This document shows positions 29,468 through 39,757 of a stretch of DNA of 64,000 nucleotides, piece by piece. This DNA comes from Alphaproteobacteria bacterium. Lineage in GTDB: Bacteria; Pseudomonadota; Alphaproteobacteria; UBA6615. The notes under the pieces are model-generated. The model was not told the origin of the DNA. It made no database searches and was given only the letters and a program-made list of their open reading frames with translations. The position numbers and the translations under genes are program-made. Location: positions 23,387 to 87,386 of the forward strand of contig JAJFJA010000074.1 of assembly GCA_021774445.1 (NCBI GenBank), given 5' to 3'. Position 1 is the stretch's first letter. Every line of letters begins with the position of its first letter.

Positions 29468-30648
29468 CGCAGGCCGAACTGCTCGGCCGCGCCGCTCAGC
29501 ATACCATTGAGGGCACGGAAAAACCCCGGTTCCTCGAGCAAGAACGCATCGTGGCCGGCGTCGGTCTCGATCTCGACAAAACTGACATTGGCGGCCACGG
29601 CGTTCAGGGCATGGACGATGCGGCGGGACTCCGGGGTCGGAAAGAGCCAGTCCGAGGTGAAGCTGATCAGGCTGAAACGTACGGGGGTGGCGGTGAAGGC
29701 CTTGGCCAGGACACCATCGCCATGTTCGGCCGCGAGGTCGAAATAGTCCATCGCCCGGGTAATGTAGAGGTAGGAATTGGCGTCGAAGCGGTTGACGAAC
29801 GTACTGCCTTGGTAGCGGAGATAGCTCTCAACCTGGAAATCGGCATCGAAACCATAACTGACGTCGCCGCGGTCCTGCAGCTCGCGGCCGAATTTGCGAT
29901 GTAAGGCGGGCTCGGACAGATAGGTCACGTGGGCGGCCATGCGGGCCACGGCGAGGCCGCGCACCGGTCGCCGAGGCAAGTCATAGTAGTTGCCGCCGCG
30001 CCAGTCGGGGTCGGCGAGAATGGCTTGCCGGCCGACTTCGTGGAAGGCGATGTTCTGGGCGGTGTGACGGGCGGCGCCGGCGATGGGCATGGCGCAGAAG
30101 ACGCGGTCCGGGTAGCGGGCGGCCCATTCGAGCGCCTGCATGGCCCCCATTGAGCCACCGATCACGCAAAACAGCCGCTCGATACCGAGGTGGTCAATCA
30201 GCAGTTTTTGCGCCCGCACCATGTCGCCGATGGTGATGACGGGAAACTGCAAGGCATAAGGCGCGCCGGTGCCGGGGTCGGTTTCGCGCGGACCGACCGT
30301 GCCCATACAGCCGCCCAGCACGTTCGAGCAAATTATGAAGTATTTGTCGGTGTCCAGGGGCCGACCGGGACCGATGATTTGCGCCCACCAACCGGGTTTG
30401 CCGGTTATGGGGTGGGGTTCGGCGGCAAACTGGTCGCCGGTCAGGGCATGGCATACGAGAATGGCGTTGGTGCGCGCGGCGTTGAGGGTGCCGTAGGTCT
30501 GATACGCCATGGGAAAGGAGCCGAGCCGGGCGCCGGCGGCCAGGCGCAAAGGCGCCTCACGGCCCAATTCGACGCAGAATCCGGGGAGATTCGTCGTCGA
30601 ATAGGGCGGCGCGAGAACCGCACTGTCATCGTCGGTGCTCTGGGCCAT
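29464..30648 (-). CDS. metX: Homoserine O-acyltransferase MetX
   Basis: [20 protein letters not shown] nucleophile, [11 protein letters not shown] and GHDAFLL; start may be at 30675. Confidence 0.95.
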   Translation of the reverse strand: MAQSTDDDSAVLAPPYSTTNLPGFCVELGREAPLRLAAGARLGSFPMAYQTYGTLNAARTNAILVCHALTGDQFAAEPHPITGKPGWWAQIIGPGRPLDTDKYFIICSNVLGGCMGTVGPRETDPGTGAPYALQFPVITIGDMVRAQKLLIDHLGIERLFCVIGGSMGAMQALEWAARYPDRVFCAMPIAGAARHTAQNIAFHEVGRQAILADPDWRGGNYYDLPRRPVRGLAVARMAAHVTYLSEPALHRKFGRELQDRGDVSYGFDADFQVESYLRYQGSTFVNRFDANSYLYITRAMDYFDLAAEHGDGVLAKAFTATPVRFSLISFTSDWLFPTPESRRIVHALNAVAANVSFVEIETDAGHDAFLLEEPGFFRALNGMLSGAAEQFGLR

Positions 30649-30800
30649 CAAATAATCTATCAGGTCGGCGATCATGCATTTCGAAGGGTTGGATAGCTAG
30701 TTGCCTGGATTGCTCTATGTCAATGTTTTCTTTGCCTTTGCTTAGGCCAGCGATTACTACTACCGGACGATTTTCCTGGCTTGCAACGTGTTATTGCGAA

Positions 30801-31691
30801 ATGAATTCGGCCGCCATGCATCTCGACGAGCTTCGCCGCGATATCGACGCGATCGACACGCAGATTCATGACCTAGTGATGCGCCGGGCCGAGGTGACAA
30901 GCGCGATCGCTCGCCTTAAAGGCGAAATTCGGAGCGTGCCCTATCAGCCCTTGCGTGAAGCGGCGATTCTAAGCCGGTTGCTAGGGCGCCATAAGGGCGA
31001 CTTGCCGGCAGCCAGTGTCGTCAGGCTGTGGCGGGAGATTATCGGCGCCTCGACGCGCCTGCAGGGCGATTTCTCCGCGGCGGTGTTCTTTCCGGCAGAT
31101 GCCTCGCCGGAAGCCGGATTGGACGTTTGGAAGATCGCGCGAGATCATTTCTCGGGTGGTACGCCCCTGATCATGCATGACAGTGCGCCGCAAGTCGTCA
31201 ACGCCGTGGCGACCGGCCAGGCAAGCGTCGGCGTGCTGCCGTTGCCGGGTGACGGAGACTTGAACCCTTGGTGGGTGAAATTGCTGGGCGAGGGGCCGAC
31301 GATCCCGCGGGTGGTGGCAAAACTGCCGGTCGTCGGACCGCTTGCCACCGGCGACCCACAATTGCTTGTGGTGGCGCTTGCGGCCGATACCAACGGTGCG
31401 GATCGGCACCTGTTGGCGATAGAATGCGAAACCCAGACGTCGCGCGCCGGGCTGCAAGATGGGCTGGTCGAGGCCGGGCTGGAACCGGCTTTCTGTGTCG
31501 CCTGGGAGGACCGCCATGACGATGGGCGGCGCTGGCACTTGGCCGACGTTTGCGGTGCCGTCGCGATAGCGCCGGCGGTGCTGGCGACGGTCGAGCGGCG
31601 GGCCGGTACGGCGATCCGGGCCGTGGTCGAGATCGGCGGCTACGCGACGCCGCTGACGGACGGCCATCAGGGCAGCGGCACTTATAGCTGA
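30801..31691 (+). CDS. Chorismate mutase (AroQ domain plus C-terminal domain)
   Basis: LDELRRDIDAID.QIHDLV.RR, REAAIL and RLWREII; precedes hisC-tyrC. Confidence 0.85.
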   Translation: MNSAAMHLDELRRDIDAIDTQIHDLVMRRAEVTSAIARLKGEIRSVPYQPLREAAILSRLLGRHKGDLPAASVVRLWREIIGASTRLQGDFSAAVFFPADASPEAGLDVWKIARDHFSGGTPLIMHDSAPQVVNAVATGQASVGVLPLPGDGDLNPWWVKLLGEGPTIPRVVAKLPVVGPLATGDPQLLVVALAADTNGADRHLLAIECETQTSRAGLQDGLVEAGLEPAFCVAWEDRHDDGRRWHLADVCGAVAIAPAVLATVERRAGTAIRAVVEIGGYATPLTDGHQGSGTYS

Positions 31692-31701
31692 AGAGGCGTA
31701 G

Positions 31702-32805
31702 ATGGGGACGGGACCGAGACCCCGGCCAGGGGTACTCGACATAGACAAGTATGTGGGTGGCGGCAGCGGTCTCGACGATGACGCGCGGGTGATCAATATC
31801 GCCTCGAACGAGAGTGCGCTGGGGCCGAGCCCGCTGGCTGTCGAGGCCTATCGGGCGGCCAGCGATCGTATGCATGTCTATCCCGACGGTGATTCGCTTC
31901 GGCTGCGGCAAAGGCTGGCAGAACAGCACCAACTGGACATCGATGGGATCGTCTGCGGCGCGGGTTCGGACGAACTGCTGACGCTACTCGGCCGGGCCTA
32001 TGCCGGGCCCGGTGATGAAATCGTCTACAGCGCCCATGGCTTCTTGATGTATTCGATCATCGCGCGCAGCGTCGGCGCGCTGCCGGTGGCGGCGCCGGAG
32101 TGGGCGCTGACCACGGATGTGGACGCCGTTCTGGCCAAGGTCAACGAGCGGACGCGTGTGGTCTATCTGGCCAATCCCAATAACCCGACCGGTAGCTATG
32201 TGACGTCGTCGGAGATGGCGCGATTACAATCGGCGCTGCCGGATCGGGTGCTGCTGGTGCTCGACGCGGCCTATGCCGAGTTTATCCACGCAAGCGACTA
32301 CGACCCGGGCGGGGCCCTGGTGGCGGCGCATGACAATGTGGTCATGGTGCGGACCTTCTCGAAAGTGTACGGCCTGGCGGCGCTACGGGTCGGATGGCTG
32401 TATGGCCCGGCGGCCGTCGTGGATGCGGTCAATCGTATCCGGTCACCCTTCAATCTCAGCACACCCGCACAGGCGGCGGCTGGTGCGGCGCTGGAAGACG
32501 AGGCGCATCGGGATCGGGCGATCGCCAACAACGACACGGTCCGTCCCTGGTTCACCGCCCGTCTTGAGGATCTGGGACTGATCGTGAATCCGTCGGTCGG
32601 CAATTTTGTGCTGGTGCAATTTCCAGACAGCGACGGCCAGGACGCTGCCGCGGCGTTCGGCGCCCTGCGGCAACGCGGAATTTTGACCCGCCGGATGGGT
32701 GCCTATGGCCTGCCCACTTGGCTGCGCATGTCGATCGGCAGCGAGGTGGATATGGCTCAAGTAGTTGAAACACTTGCGGAATTTCGGTCCGGACACGATG
32801 TCTGA
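31702..32805 (+). CDS. hisC: Histidinol-phosphate aminotransferase
   Basis: ASNES, YPDG, GSDEL, ANPNNPTG, DAAYAEF and RTFSKVYGLAALRVGW. Confidence 0.95.
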   Translation: MGTGPRPRPGVLDIDKYVGGGSGLDDDARVINIASNESALGPSPLAVEAYRAASDRMHVYPDGDSLRLRQRLAEQHQLDIDGIVCGAGSDELLTLLGRAYAGPGDEIVYSAHGFLMYSIIARSVGALPVAAPEWALTTDVDAVLAKVNERTRVVYLANPNNPTGSYVTSSEMARLQSALPDRVLLVLDAAYAEFIHASDYDPGGALVAAHDNVVMVRTFSKVYGLAALRVGWLYGPAAVVDAVNRIRSPFNLSTPAQAAAGAALEDEAHRDRAIANNDTVRPWFTARLEDLGLIVNPSVGNFVLVQFPDSDGQDAAAAFGALRQRGILTRRMGAYGLPTWLRMSIGSEVDMAQVVETLAEFRSGHDV

Positions 32806-33808
32806 GCCGCTGTTTCACCGGGTGACAGTGATCGGGTTGGGGCTGATCGGCTCCTCGTTGATGCAAGCCGTGCGCCGGCACGATCTGGTCACTGAGATTA
32901 TCGGCTGCGATAGCAGCGAGGCGGTCCGCGAAATGGTCGAGACGATGGGCATTGCCGACCGGGTGGAAGCTGATCCGGCGCGGGCGGTGCAGGGCGCCGA
33001 CCTGATCGTGTTGGCAACGCCGGTCGGGGCGTTTGGCGCGGTGGCGCGGCAGATGGGAAGCACGATCGCGGCCGGCGCGATCGTGACCGATGTGGGATCG
33101 GTCAAGCAGCTGGTGGCGACGGCGGTGGGACCGCATTTGCCGGAGGGTGCGCATCTCGTGCCGAGTCATCCGGTGGCGGGCACGGAGCATTCCGGGCCGG
33201 AAGCCGGGTTCCCGGAACTGTTTCAGAACCGTTGGTGCATCCTGACGCCGGCCGCTGGGGTGGATGCGAAAGCCGTGGCTAGGCTGAGCGAGCTGTGGCG
33301 GCGGGTGGGCAGCGATGTCGAATTGATGGAGCCGACCCATCACGACAAGGTTCTGGCCATCACCAGCCATTTACCGCATCTCATCGCCTATACGATCGTG
33401 GCGACGGCCGCCGATCTGGAGGGCCAGTTGACGGCGGAGGCACGGGAGGAAGCGGATCGGGTGACGACCGCCGAAGTCATCAAGTACTCGGCGGGTGGCT
33501 TTCGCGATTTCACGCGCATCGCGGCGTCCGATCCGGTGATGTGGCGGGACGTTTTCCTGCACAACAAAGAAGCGGTACTGGAGATGCTCGGGCGTTTCAC
33601 GGAAGACCTCACCGCCTTGCAGCGGGCCATTCGCTGGGGTGAGGGTGACACGCTGCATGAGCTGTTCACGCGCACCAGAACGTTGCGCCGTGGGGTGTTG
33701 GACGCGCGGCAAGCCGGCAGCTTTGCGGCTACGGAACCTAGCGCCAGCGAATCTCCGGCAGAGTCAGCAGCGGCACCGGTCCCAAAGTCACCTGACGCTG
33801 CGCGATAG
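32798..33808 (+). CDS. tyrC: Prephenate/arogenate (cyclohexadienyl) dehydrogenase
   Basis: GLGLIGSS, TDVGSVK, HPVAGTE, HDKVLAITSHLPH and GGFRDFTRIAASDP.MWRD. Confidence 0.93.
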   Translation: MSEPLFHRVTVIGLGLIGSSLMQAVRRHDLVTEIIGCDSSEAVREMVETMGIADRVEADPARAVQGADLIVLATPVGAFGAVARQMGSTIAAGAIVTDVGSVKQLVATAVGPHLPEGAHLVPSHPVAGTEHSGPEAGFPELFQNRWCILTPAAGVDAKAVARLSELWRRVGSDVELMEPTHHDKVLAITSHLPHLIAYTIVATAADLEGQLTAEAREEADRVTTAEVIKYSAGGFRDFTRIAASDPVMWRDVFLHNKEAVLEMLGRFTEDLTALQRAIRWGEGDTLHELFTRTRTLRRGVLDARQAGSFAATEPSASESPAESAAAPVPKSPDAAR

Positions 33809-34766
33809 CCAGCGGTAAGCGAACAATCGGCGCGCCGCCGTCGGCCGGGGCGCGGCTCAGCGCGGCGATGGCGATGCGCGCCAGGGCGGCGCCACGCTGG
33901 TCGAGCAGGCGCGCCTGCTCGAAGGCGGTGATGGCGTTGTCCATGCCGCTGATTTCGGTGTCGAACTGACCTTGGGGTTGCAGGGTGCCGTCGAGGGACA
34001 TTTCTCCGGTCGCGGCCGCCCGCACAGGACCCCAATGCAGGTTCACGCGGCGGATATCGAGCGTACCGCCGTTGTCGCGCCAGCGGGCGAGGGCCGGGTC
34101 CGTCGGGCCGGACGGCAGATCACCATGCCAAATAGCCTCGGCCGCCAGGGTGGTTAGTTCGGTGCCCAGCGGCCCGTCGAGGGCCGCCGGCAGCTTGACC
34201 CCGCTGAGGGCGGCACCGGCGAGCAGGGCCGGCAGGTCCGCCGAAGGCTGGCGCTCGGCGACGAAGGTACCGCTGTCGGCGGTGAGACGCAGGTCTTGCT
34301 CGGGATTGTCGATCTGGAGACCGGTAACGGTCGCGGAAACCGCCTCGATATCGCCGGAGAGCCCGAGGCGCAGCCGCGCGGTCGCGGCGTCGGTGCTGGC
34401 GTTGAGGTGGTTGGTCTGGCCATCGGCGGTTACGGTCAGCGCGTGGCTGCCGGGGGCGGCCAGATCGACGCGGCTCGGTGCCAACGGAAAAAAATGTAAG
34501 GTGAGCGCGGGTGGTAACCAGAGCCATTCCTGGCCATCCTCGGCGCGGGCCAAACGGGCGCCCTCAAGGCGGCCGTCCAGACGGATGGGAAATCCGGTAA
34601 TGACGAGGCTGTCCCAGGCGACCTCGTAACCTTCGGTGCGGCGGTCGTCGGCCCATTGCTGCAGCGCCCGCTCAACCGCCTGGGCGGCTATCCACCAGCC
34701 GCCGGAGACGAGGACGCAGACAATAACAACCAGGGCTAGGGCATATTTCAAGGCACGACTTGCCAT
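33738..34766 (-). CDS. DUF2125 domain protein
   Basis: N-terminal TM helix, GFPIRL, WRDNGGTL and C-terminal LGPVPL; usual position between tyrC and chaC. Confidence 0.8.
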   Translation of the reverse strand: MASRALKYALALVVIVCVLVSGGWWIAAQAVERALQQWADDRRTEGYEVAWDSLVITGFPIRLDGRLEGARLARAEDGQEWLWLPPALTLHFFPLAPSRVDLAAPGSHALTVTADGQTNHLNASTDAATARLRLGLSGDIEAVSATVTGLQIDNPEQDLRLTADSGTFVAERQPSADLPALLAGAALSGVKLPAALDGPLGTELTTLAAEAIWHGDLPSGPTDPALARWRDNGGTLDIRRVNLHWGPVRAAATGEMSLDGTLQPQGQFDTEISGMDNAITAFEQARLLDQRGAALARIAIAALSRAPADGGAPIVRLPLAIAQRQVTLGPVPLLTLPEIRWR

Positions 34767-34982
34767 GGGGATCCTATTCGATGGTCCTGATGCCTTAGGG
34801 GCCGTCGGCAGTGGCGTGGAGGACGGGTGTTTATAGCGGTCGGCCGTGACAGCGTCGAGGTGCAGTTCGGCCGTGCAAGGGCGGCTTGTGTGGGCTGGGC
34901 CGATGGACAATGTTACTCGGCCGGCCCGAGAGGCAGAGGCAGCAGGATATTGACGAGAGGATCGGTGGCGGATTCGGAACAA

Positions 34983-35570
34983 ATGGTGCCGATGACGGTC
35001 GACTCGGTGGCGGCCGGCACGGCGGACATCTTAGCCGGGTGGAAGCCTGCGGAACCCTATTGGGTGTTCGCCTACGGCTCGCTGATGTGGAACCCGGATT
35101 TTCCGTTCGAGGAGAAACGGGAAGTGCGCCTGCATGGCTATCACCGGGCGTTCTGCATCTATTCCTACCACTATCGCGGACGACCGGGGAAACCGGGCCT
35201 GGTGTTGGGGTTGGATCGGGGCGGCTCCTGTCGCGGGATCGGCTTCCGCATACATCCTGCCGACGTCGCGGCAGTGACCGAGAAATTGTGGCGACGCGAG
35301 ATGGTGAGCGAGGTCTATGAGCCGCGGCGTGTGAGGGTGCAATCGGCGACAGGCTCAATGGCGGCGCAGACGTTTGTCGCCGACCCCCGCCATGAGCAAT
35401 ACGCCGGCAAACTGCCGTTCGAGCAGATGGTGGCGATGATACGCGACGGTCGCGGCGTGAACGGTGCGAATGTGGAGTATCTGGCCAACACGGTAGAGCA
35501 TTTGCTGGCGCTGGGCATCGATGACGGCCCGCTGCACAGGCTAATGAACGTGTTGGTGGAGAAACGCTGA
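34983..35570 (+). CDS. chaC: ChaC-family gamma-glutamylcyclotransferase
   Basis: WVFAYGSLMWNP, YRG..PGLVLGLD.GGSC.G, LWRRE and EYL.NT. Confidence 0.92.
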   Translation: MVPMTVDSVAAGTADILAGWKPAEPYWVFAYGSLMWNPDFPFEEKREVRLHGYHRAFCIYSYHYRGRPGKPGLVLGLDRGGSCRGIGFRIHPADVAAVTEKLWRREMVSEVYEPRRVRVQSATGSMAAQTFVADPRHEQYAGKLPFEQMVAMIRDGRGVNGANVEYLANTVEHLLALGIDDGPLHRLMNVLVEKR

Positions 35571-35617
35571 GGGCGGGAGGGTTTAGCCGTGATGTTGTTT
35601 TTTCGTATCCCCACCCT

Positions 35618-35718
35618 GTCTTTGCGAGGCGGCCGAAGGCCGGCGCGGCAATCCAGGGACGCCAATGACGCTCGCCGTTCTTTGGATCGCCGCAGCTGCT
35701 GCGCAGCCTCGCGATGAC
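35618..35718. repeat. Alphaproteobacterial REP/RPE-like palindromic element
   Basis: Terminal IR gtctttgcgagg ... cctcgcgatgac with inner gcggcaatcc ... ggatcgccgc. Resembles the GTCATTGCGAG..GCAATCC..GGATTGC..CTCGCAATGAC family; lies between convergent genes. Confidence 0.75.
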
Positions 35719-35771
35719 GGCGTGGGGATAGTCGTTTGATGAACCTGCGGTGAAGCCGGTTCGATCCTAAT

Positions 35772-38102
35772 CTAAAAGCATTTCGAGTAACCGCAATCGA
35801 GGCAGAGATCGCAGCCTTCCTGGCGTACGAGCCCGGCGGCGCCGCATTTCGGGCATTGTTGCGGTAACGCAGCGGGTATGGGCGTCGGCCGGTCATCGCC
35901 GGCTTGGCTCGCGGCAACGGCTTCTCGTTCGGCCTCGATGGCGGACAGAAAACCGATGTCGATCATATGACGTTCAATGACTTCGCCGATGGCGGCGAGC
36001 AACGAGGGCACGTAGTGGCCGCCCATCCATTGGCCGCCGCGCGGATCGAACACTGCTTTCAGTTCCTCGACGACGAAGGACACATCGCCGCCGCGACGGA
36101 AGACAGCGCTGATCATGCGGGTCAGGGCCACGGTCCAGGCGTAGTGCTCCATATTCTTGGAGTTGATGAAGACCTCGAACGGGCGGCGGCGGCCTTCGCG
36201 GACAACGTCGTTGATGGTGATGTAGAAGGCGTGGTTGGTCTCCGGCCAACGGATCTTATGAGTCTTACCCGGTAGCTCTTCCGGCCGGCCGAGGGGCTGC
36301 GTCATGTAGACGATGCTGCCGGCTTCCTCGCCAGCGGTATCGGTTGGCGGTGGCGCCGCCTGCGGCTGATCATCGGGGGCTGCCGCGGGGGCCGCCGGGG
36401 CCGGCTCGGCGGTGGTCTCGAGGACGGCGCCGGTGACGGCGTTGGGGCGGTAGGTCGTGCACCCCTTGCAACCGAGTTCATAGGCCTGGCGATAGATATC
36501 GGCGAAACCCTCGAAGGAAATGTCTTCCGGGCAATTGATGGTCTTGGAGATGGAACTGTCGATGAACTTCTGTGCCGCGGCCTGCATGACCAGGTGGTCG
36601 GCCGGGGAAAGCTGCATGGCGTCGACGAAATAATCGGGCAGCTCGGCGTCGTCACCGTGCAACCGGCGGAATTGGGCAAAAGCGTAGTCGGTCACTTGCT
36701 CGGCTTTGCGGCTGCCGTCCGGCATCAGCAAGTTGCGGGTGTGGCGGAAGCTGAACACCGGCTCGATGCCGGAAGACGTGTTATCGGCCAAGATGGAGAT
36801 GGTTCCAGTCGGCGCGATGGAGGTCAGCAGGGCGTTGCGCAGGCCGTGCCGGGCGATTTCGGCCCGGGTCTGTTGGTCCAGTTTGGCGATGAACGGGCGC
36901 TCAAGGTAGCGCTGCTTGTCGAATAACGGGAAAGCGCCCTTTTCGGCCGCGAGGCCGGCGGAGGCGCGGTAGGCGCTGTTGACGAGAGTCCCGAGCCAGC
37001 GCTCGGTCAAGGCAATGGCTTGGCCGCTGCCATAGCGGGCGCGGCACATGATCAGGGCGTCGGCGAGACCGGTGACGCCGAGGCCGATGCGCCGCTTGTC
37101 CCGGGCTTCGCCCTGCTGGGCAGGTAAGGGAAACTGGGAGACGTCGATGGCGTTGTCCAGCATACGGACTGCGGTGGCGGTAAGTTCGCCGAGGGCCGGG
37201 AGGTCGATAGCGGCTTGCGGGGTAAATGGCTGGTCGACCAGGCGGGCAAGATTGACGGAACCCAGCAAGCAGGCGCCATAGGGCGGCAAGGGCTGCTCGC
37301 CACAAGGATTGGTGGCCTGGATGGATTCGGCATACGCCAGATTGTTAAGATCGTTGATACGGTCGATAAAGATGACACCCGGTTCGGCAAAGGCATAGGT
37401 GGACCGCATGATGTGGTCCCAAAGATCACGGGCGGCGACCGTGCGGTAGGTGGTGTCACCGAATACCAAGTCCCAGGAGGCATCGATCTTAACGGCCTGC
37501 ATGAAGGCATCGCTGACCAGGACCGAGAGGTTGAACATGCGCAGCCTGCCAGGCTCCTGCTTGGCTTCGATGAACGCCTCTATGTCGGGGTGATCGCAGC
37601 GCAGCGTGGCCATCATGGCACCGCGACGGTAGCCGGCGGACATGATCGTGCGGCACATGGCGTCCCAGACATCCATAAAACTCAACGGACCGGACGCATC
37701 GGAGCCGACGCCGTGGACGGGCGCGCCCTTGGGCCGCAAGGTGGAGAAGTCGTAACCGATACCGCCGCCCTGCTGCATCGTCAGGGCGGCTTCCTTCAAG
37801 TGCTGAAATATGCCCGCCATGCTGTCCGGGATGGTGCCCATGACGAAGCAGTTGAACAGGGTGACATCGCGGCCGCTGCCGGCGCCGGCCAGGATGCGCC
37901 CGGCCGGCAGGAAGCGGAAATCCGCCAGGGCACCGTAGAAGGATTCGGCCCATGCCGCCTGATCCGCCTCGGGTTCCGCGAGGGCCTTGGCAACGCGGCG
38001 CCAGCTGTTGTCTACCGATTTGTCCACAGGGTCGCCGGCGGCGTCTTTCAGCCGATATTTCATGTCCCAAATGCGGCTGGAGATCGGGCTGAGGCTTTGC
38101 AT
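35772..38102 (-). CDS. nrdJ: Adenosylcobalamin-dependent (class II) ribonucleotide reductase with TSCPD domain
   Basis: PAGRILAGAG, TLFNCFV, GGGIGYDFS, RRGAMM, TNPCGEQPL, APTGTIS, SISKTIN, KGCTTYR and C-terminal CPKC..CLDCGYSKC. Confidence 0.95.
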   Translation of the reverse strand: MQSLSPISSRIWDMKYRLKDAAGDPVDKSVDNSWRRVAKALAEPEADQAAWAESFYGALADFRFLPAGRILAGAGSGRDVTLFNCFVMGTIPDSMAGIFQHLKEAALTMQQGGGIGYDFSTLRPKGAPVHGVGSDASGPLSFMDVWDAMCRTIMSAGYRRGAMMATLRCDHPDIEAFIEAKQEPGRLRMFNLSVLVSDAFMQAVKIDASWDLVFGDTTYRTVAARDLWDHIMRSTYAFAEPGVIFIDRINDLNNLAYAESIQATNPCGEQPLPPYGACLLGSVNLARLVDQPFTPQAAIDLPALGELTATAVRMLDNAIDVSQFPLPAQQGEARDKRRIGLGVTGLADALIMCRARYGSGQAIALTERWLGTLVNSAYRASAGLAAEKGAFPLFDKQRYLERPFIAKLDQQTRAEIARHGLRNALLTSIAPTGTISILADNTSSGIEPVFSFRHTRNLLMPDGSRKAEQVTDYAFAQFRRLHGDDAELPDYFVDAMQLSPADHLVMQAAAQKFIDSSISKTINCPEDISFEGFADIYRQAYELGCKGCTTYRPNAVTGAVLETTAEPAPAAPAAAPDDQPQAAPPPTDTAGEEAGSIVYMTQPLGRPEELPGKTHKIRWPETNHAFYITINDVVREGRRRPFEVFINSKNMEHYAWTVALTRMISAVFRRGGDVSFVVEELKAVFDPRGGQWMGGHYVPSLLAAIGEVIERHMIDIGFLSAIEAEREAVAASQAGDDRPTPIPAALPQQCPKCGAAGLVRQEGCDLCLDCGYSKCF

Positions 38103-38178
38103 GGTGAGGCAACCTCCGGTAGGCGAGCGCGGGCGGCGCCGGCGACGGGCTTGTTCGGGCACCGTTTTAGCGCCCAAA

Positions 38179-38194
38179 AGTCAATATAATGCTG
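38179..38194. promoter_or_regulatory. NrdR-box-like site upstream of nrdJ
   Basis: Core CAATATAATG matches 9 of 10 positions of the NrdR core CwAtATaTwG; flanks are poor. Confidence 0.35.
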
Positions 38195-38378
38195 GGTTTC
38201 GTGCTTGGCACATGGAAATGAGCGGCGGCGGTGATCGTAGCGATGGCAGCGCGCGGGCCGCCGCCGGTCAGTTGGTGTGGGAAAAGGGGCAGTGAGTTTG
38301 TCCAATTCCGTCGGAGCTGTGATTTGTCAATTAACCAATCACAAAATCCACAAACTTTTCCACAACACTTGCCGATTG

Positions 38379-39110
38379 TTAATTCCCACTAGACGGGCTC
38401 GTGACTGCCGTCTGAAGGATTGCCGACGCTTGCTCAATACTGGTCTCGAGCGCCGCCATGAAGTCGCGCCGGGGCAGACCCGGTGGGATCGGCGGCAGAT
38501 ATTGCACGGTGATTACCCCGGGCCGCAGGCGACCGCTGCGGCGGGGCCAGAACAGGCCGGAGTTCAAGGCCACCGGAACGACCGGTAGCGCCAACTCCTG
38601 GTATAGGGCCGCGATACCGGCTTGGTAGGGCCGCTGCGTGCCGGGCGCGGTACGGGTGCCTTGCGGGAAAACAACGATGGACCGGCCGGTCCGGGCGATA
38701 GTCCTGGCGTCGGCCAGCATGCGGCGCAGGGCGGCGGCGCCGCCGCCACGGTTGATGGGGATCATGCCGCCGCGGCGGACCAGCCAGCCCCAGACCGGGA
38801 TGAAGGTGAGTTCGCGCTTGAGCACGAAGATCGGATCGGGCACGAGAATGTTGAAAACCAGGGTGTCCCAAGCGGATTGATGTTTGCTGGCAAAGATCAC
38901 CTGTCCGGCCGGAATATTTTCGAGGCCGCGGAGCTGATGACTCAACCCGACCGTATGGCGCAGCAGGGCCAGGCTGGTGGTGACCCAAAACCGGCTGAAG
39001 CCAAGGATGGCGCGGCGGGGCAGCACCAGCAAGGGCAGGGCCAAGAAGGCCAGGATGGTGGTCCAGGCATAAAACAGGATGTTGAAGGCCAGCGGCCGGA
39101 GTCGGTTCAT
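38379..39110 (-). CDS. plsC: 1-acyl-sn-glycerol-3-phosphate acyltransferase (PlsC family)
   Basis: KHQSAWDT, LKREL..IP, FPQGTR and PVALNSG.FWPR. Confidence 0.9.
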   Translation of the reverse strand: MNRLRPLAFNILFYAWTTILAFLALPLLVLPRRAILGFSRFWVTTSLALLRHTVGLSHQLRGLENIPAGQVIFASKHQSAWDTLVFNILVPDPIFVLKRELTFIPVWGWLVRRGGMIPINRGGGAAALRRMLADARTIARTGRSIVVFPQGTRTAPGTQRPYQAGIAALYQELALPVVPVALNSGLFWPRRSGRLRPGVITVQYLPPIPPGLPRRDFMAALETSIEQASAILQTAVTSPSSGN

Positions 39111-39757
39111 GAGCCGCCGGCTGGGCTCGAGGGCATGGTCGAGCCCAGGGCCCAACCAAAAGCCCGGGCGATCAGATATTTGTTGTATTCGGAGACGAGC
39201 AGCCGCGCGGTCGTGGGCCGCCACCAGCGGGCCAGGTCGACATTCTCAGAAACGATCGGATACTCGGAGATGACAACACCGGGCATGCGGCGCTGGAACT
39301 CCACCAGGCTGCGGGGCATGTGATAGTTGGCGGTGACCAGACGCAGGCTGCGATAACCTTCCTGCTGCATCCAATCGGCGGTCTCGAGGGCGTTTTCGCG
39401 CGTGTTGGAGGCGGCGTAGCCGAGGGCGATGCAGCATTGCAGATTCTCCGGCCGGTGGCGGCTTGGACGCAGGAGTGCCGTGACATCAACACCGCGATAG
39501 ACACCGGAGACGAAGAGCTTGCGCGCATGGCCGGCGTCGAGCAGTTCGAGGCCGGCATCCAGTCGGCCGCTGCCGCCGGTGAGTACGACGACCGCGTCGG
39601 TGGCCTGGATTGGCGGTGGCGGGTTGTCGGGAATGTCGGCGACGAAACGCTGCAGGCCGCCAAGCCATATGACGACGGCGACAAGCAAAAGCAAAGCAAG
39701 CCAGCGGCCCGTCTTGCGTATCCGGGGGGTGACGGGCAACTGGCGGGTGCGGATCAC
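39107..39757 (-). CDS. YdcF/DUF218 family protein
   Basis: DAVVVLTGGSGR, LFVSGV, NTRENA, VTANYHMPRS and EYNKY; GTG overlaps the ftsX stop. Confidence 0.88.
   Translation of the reverse strand: MIRTRQLPVTPRIRKTGRWLALLLLVAVVIWLGGLQRFVADIPDNPPPPIQATDAVVVLTGGSGRLDAGLELLDAGHARKLFVSGVYRGVDVTALLRPSRHRPENLQCCIALGYAASNTRENALETADWMQQEGYRSLRLVTANYHMPRSLVEFQRRMPGVVISEYPIVSENVDLARWWRPTTARLLVSEYNKYLIARAFGWALGSTMPSSPAGGS

Noticed and set aside
30649-30800. SAM-II or SAM-SAH riboswitch upstream of metX
   Set aside because: No matching consensus on the metX strand; a ttcctggc word is on the opposite strand and lacks the rest of the motif.
33738-33808. 71-nt convergent overlap of tyrC and the DUF2125 gene
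   Set aside because: The tyrC tail is low-complexity Ser/Ala/Pro sequence, consistent with neutral stop-codon drift.
38103-38378. Cobalamin riboswitch or replication origin upstream of nrdJ
   Set aside because: No B12 box is visible. One good DnaA box without an array or origin-linked genes is too little to call oriC.
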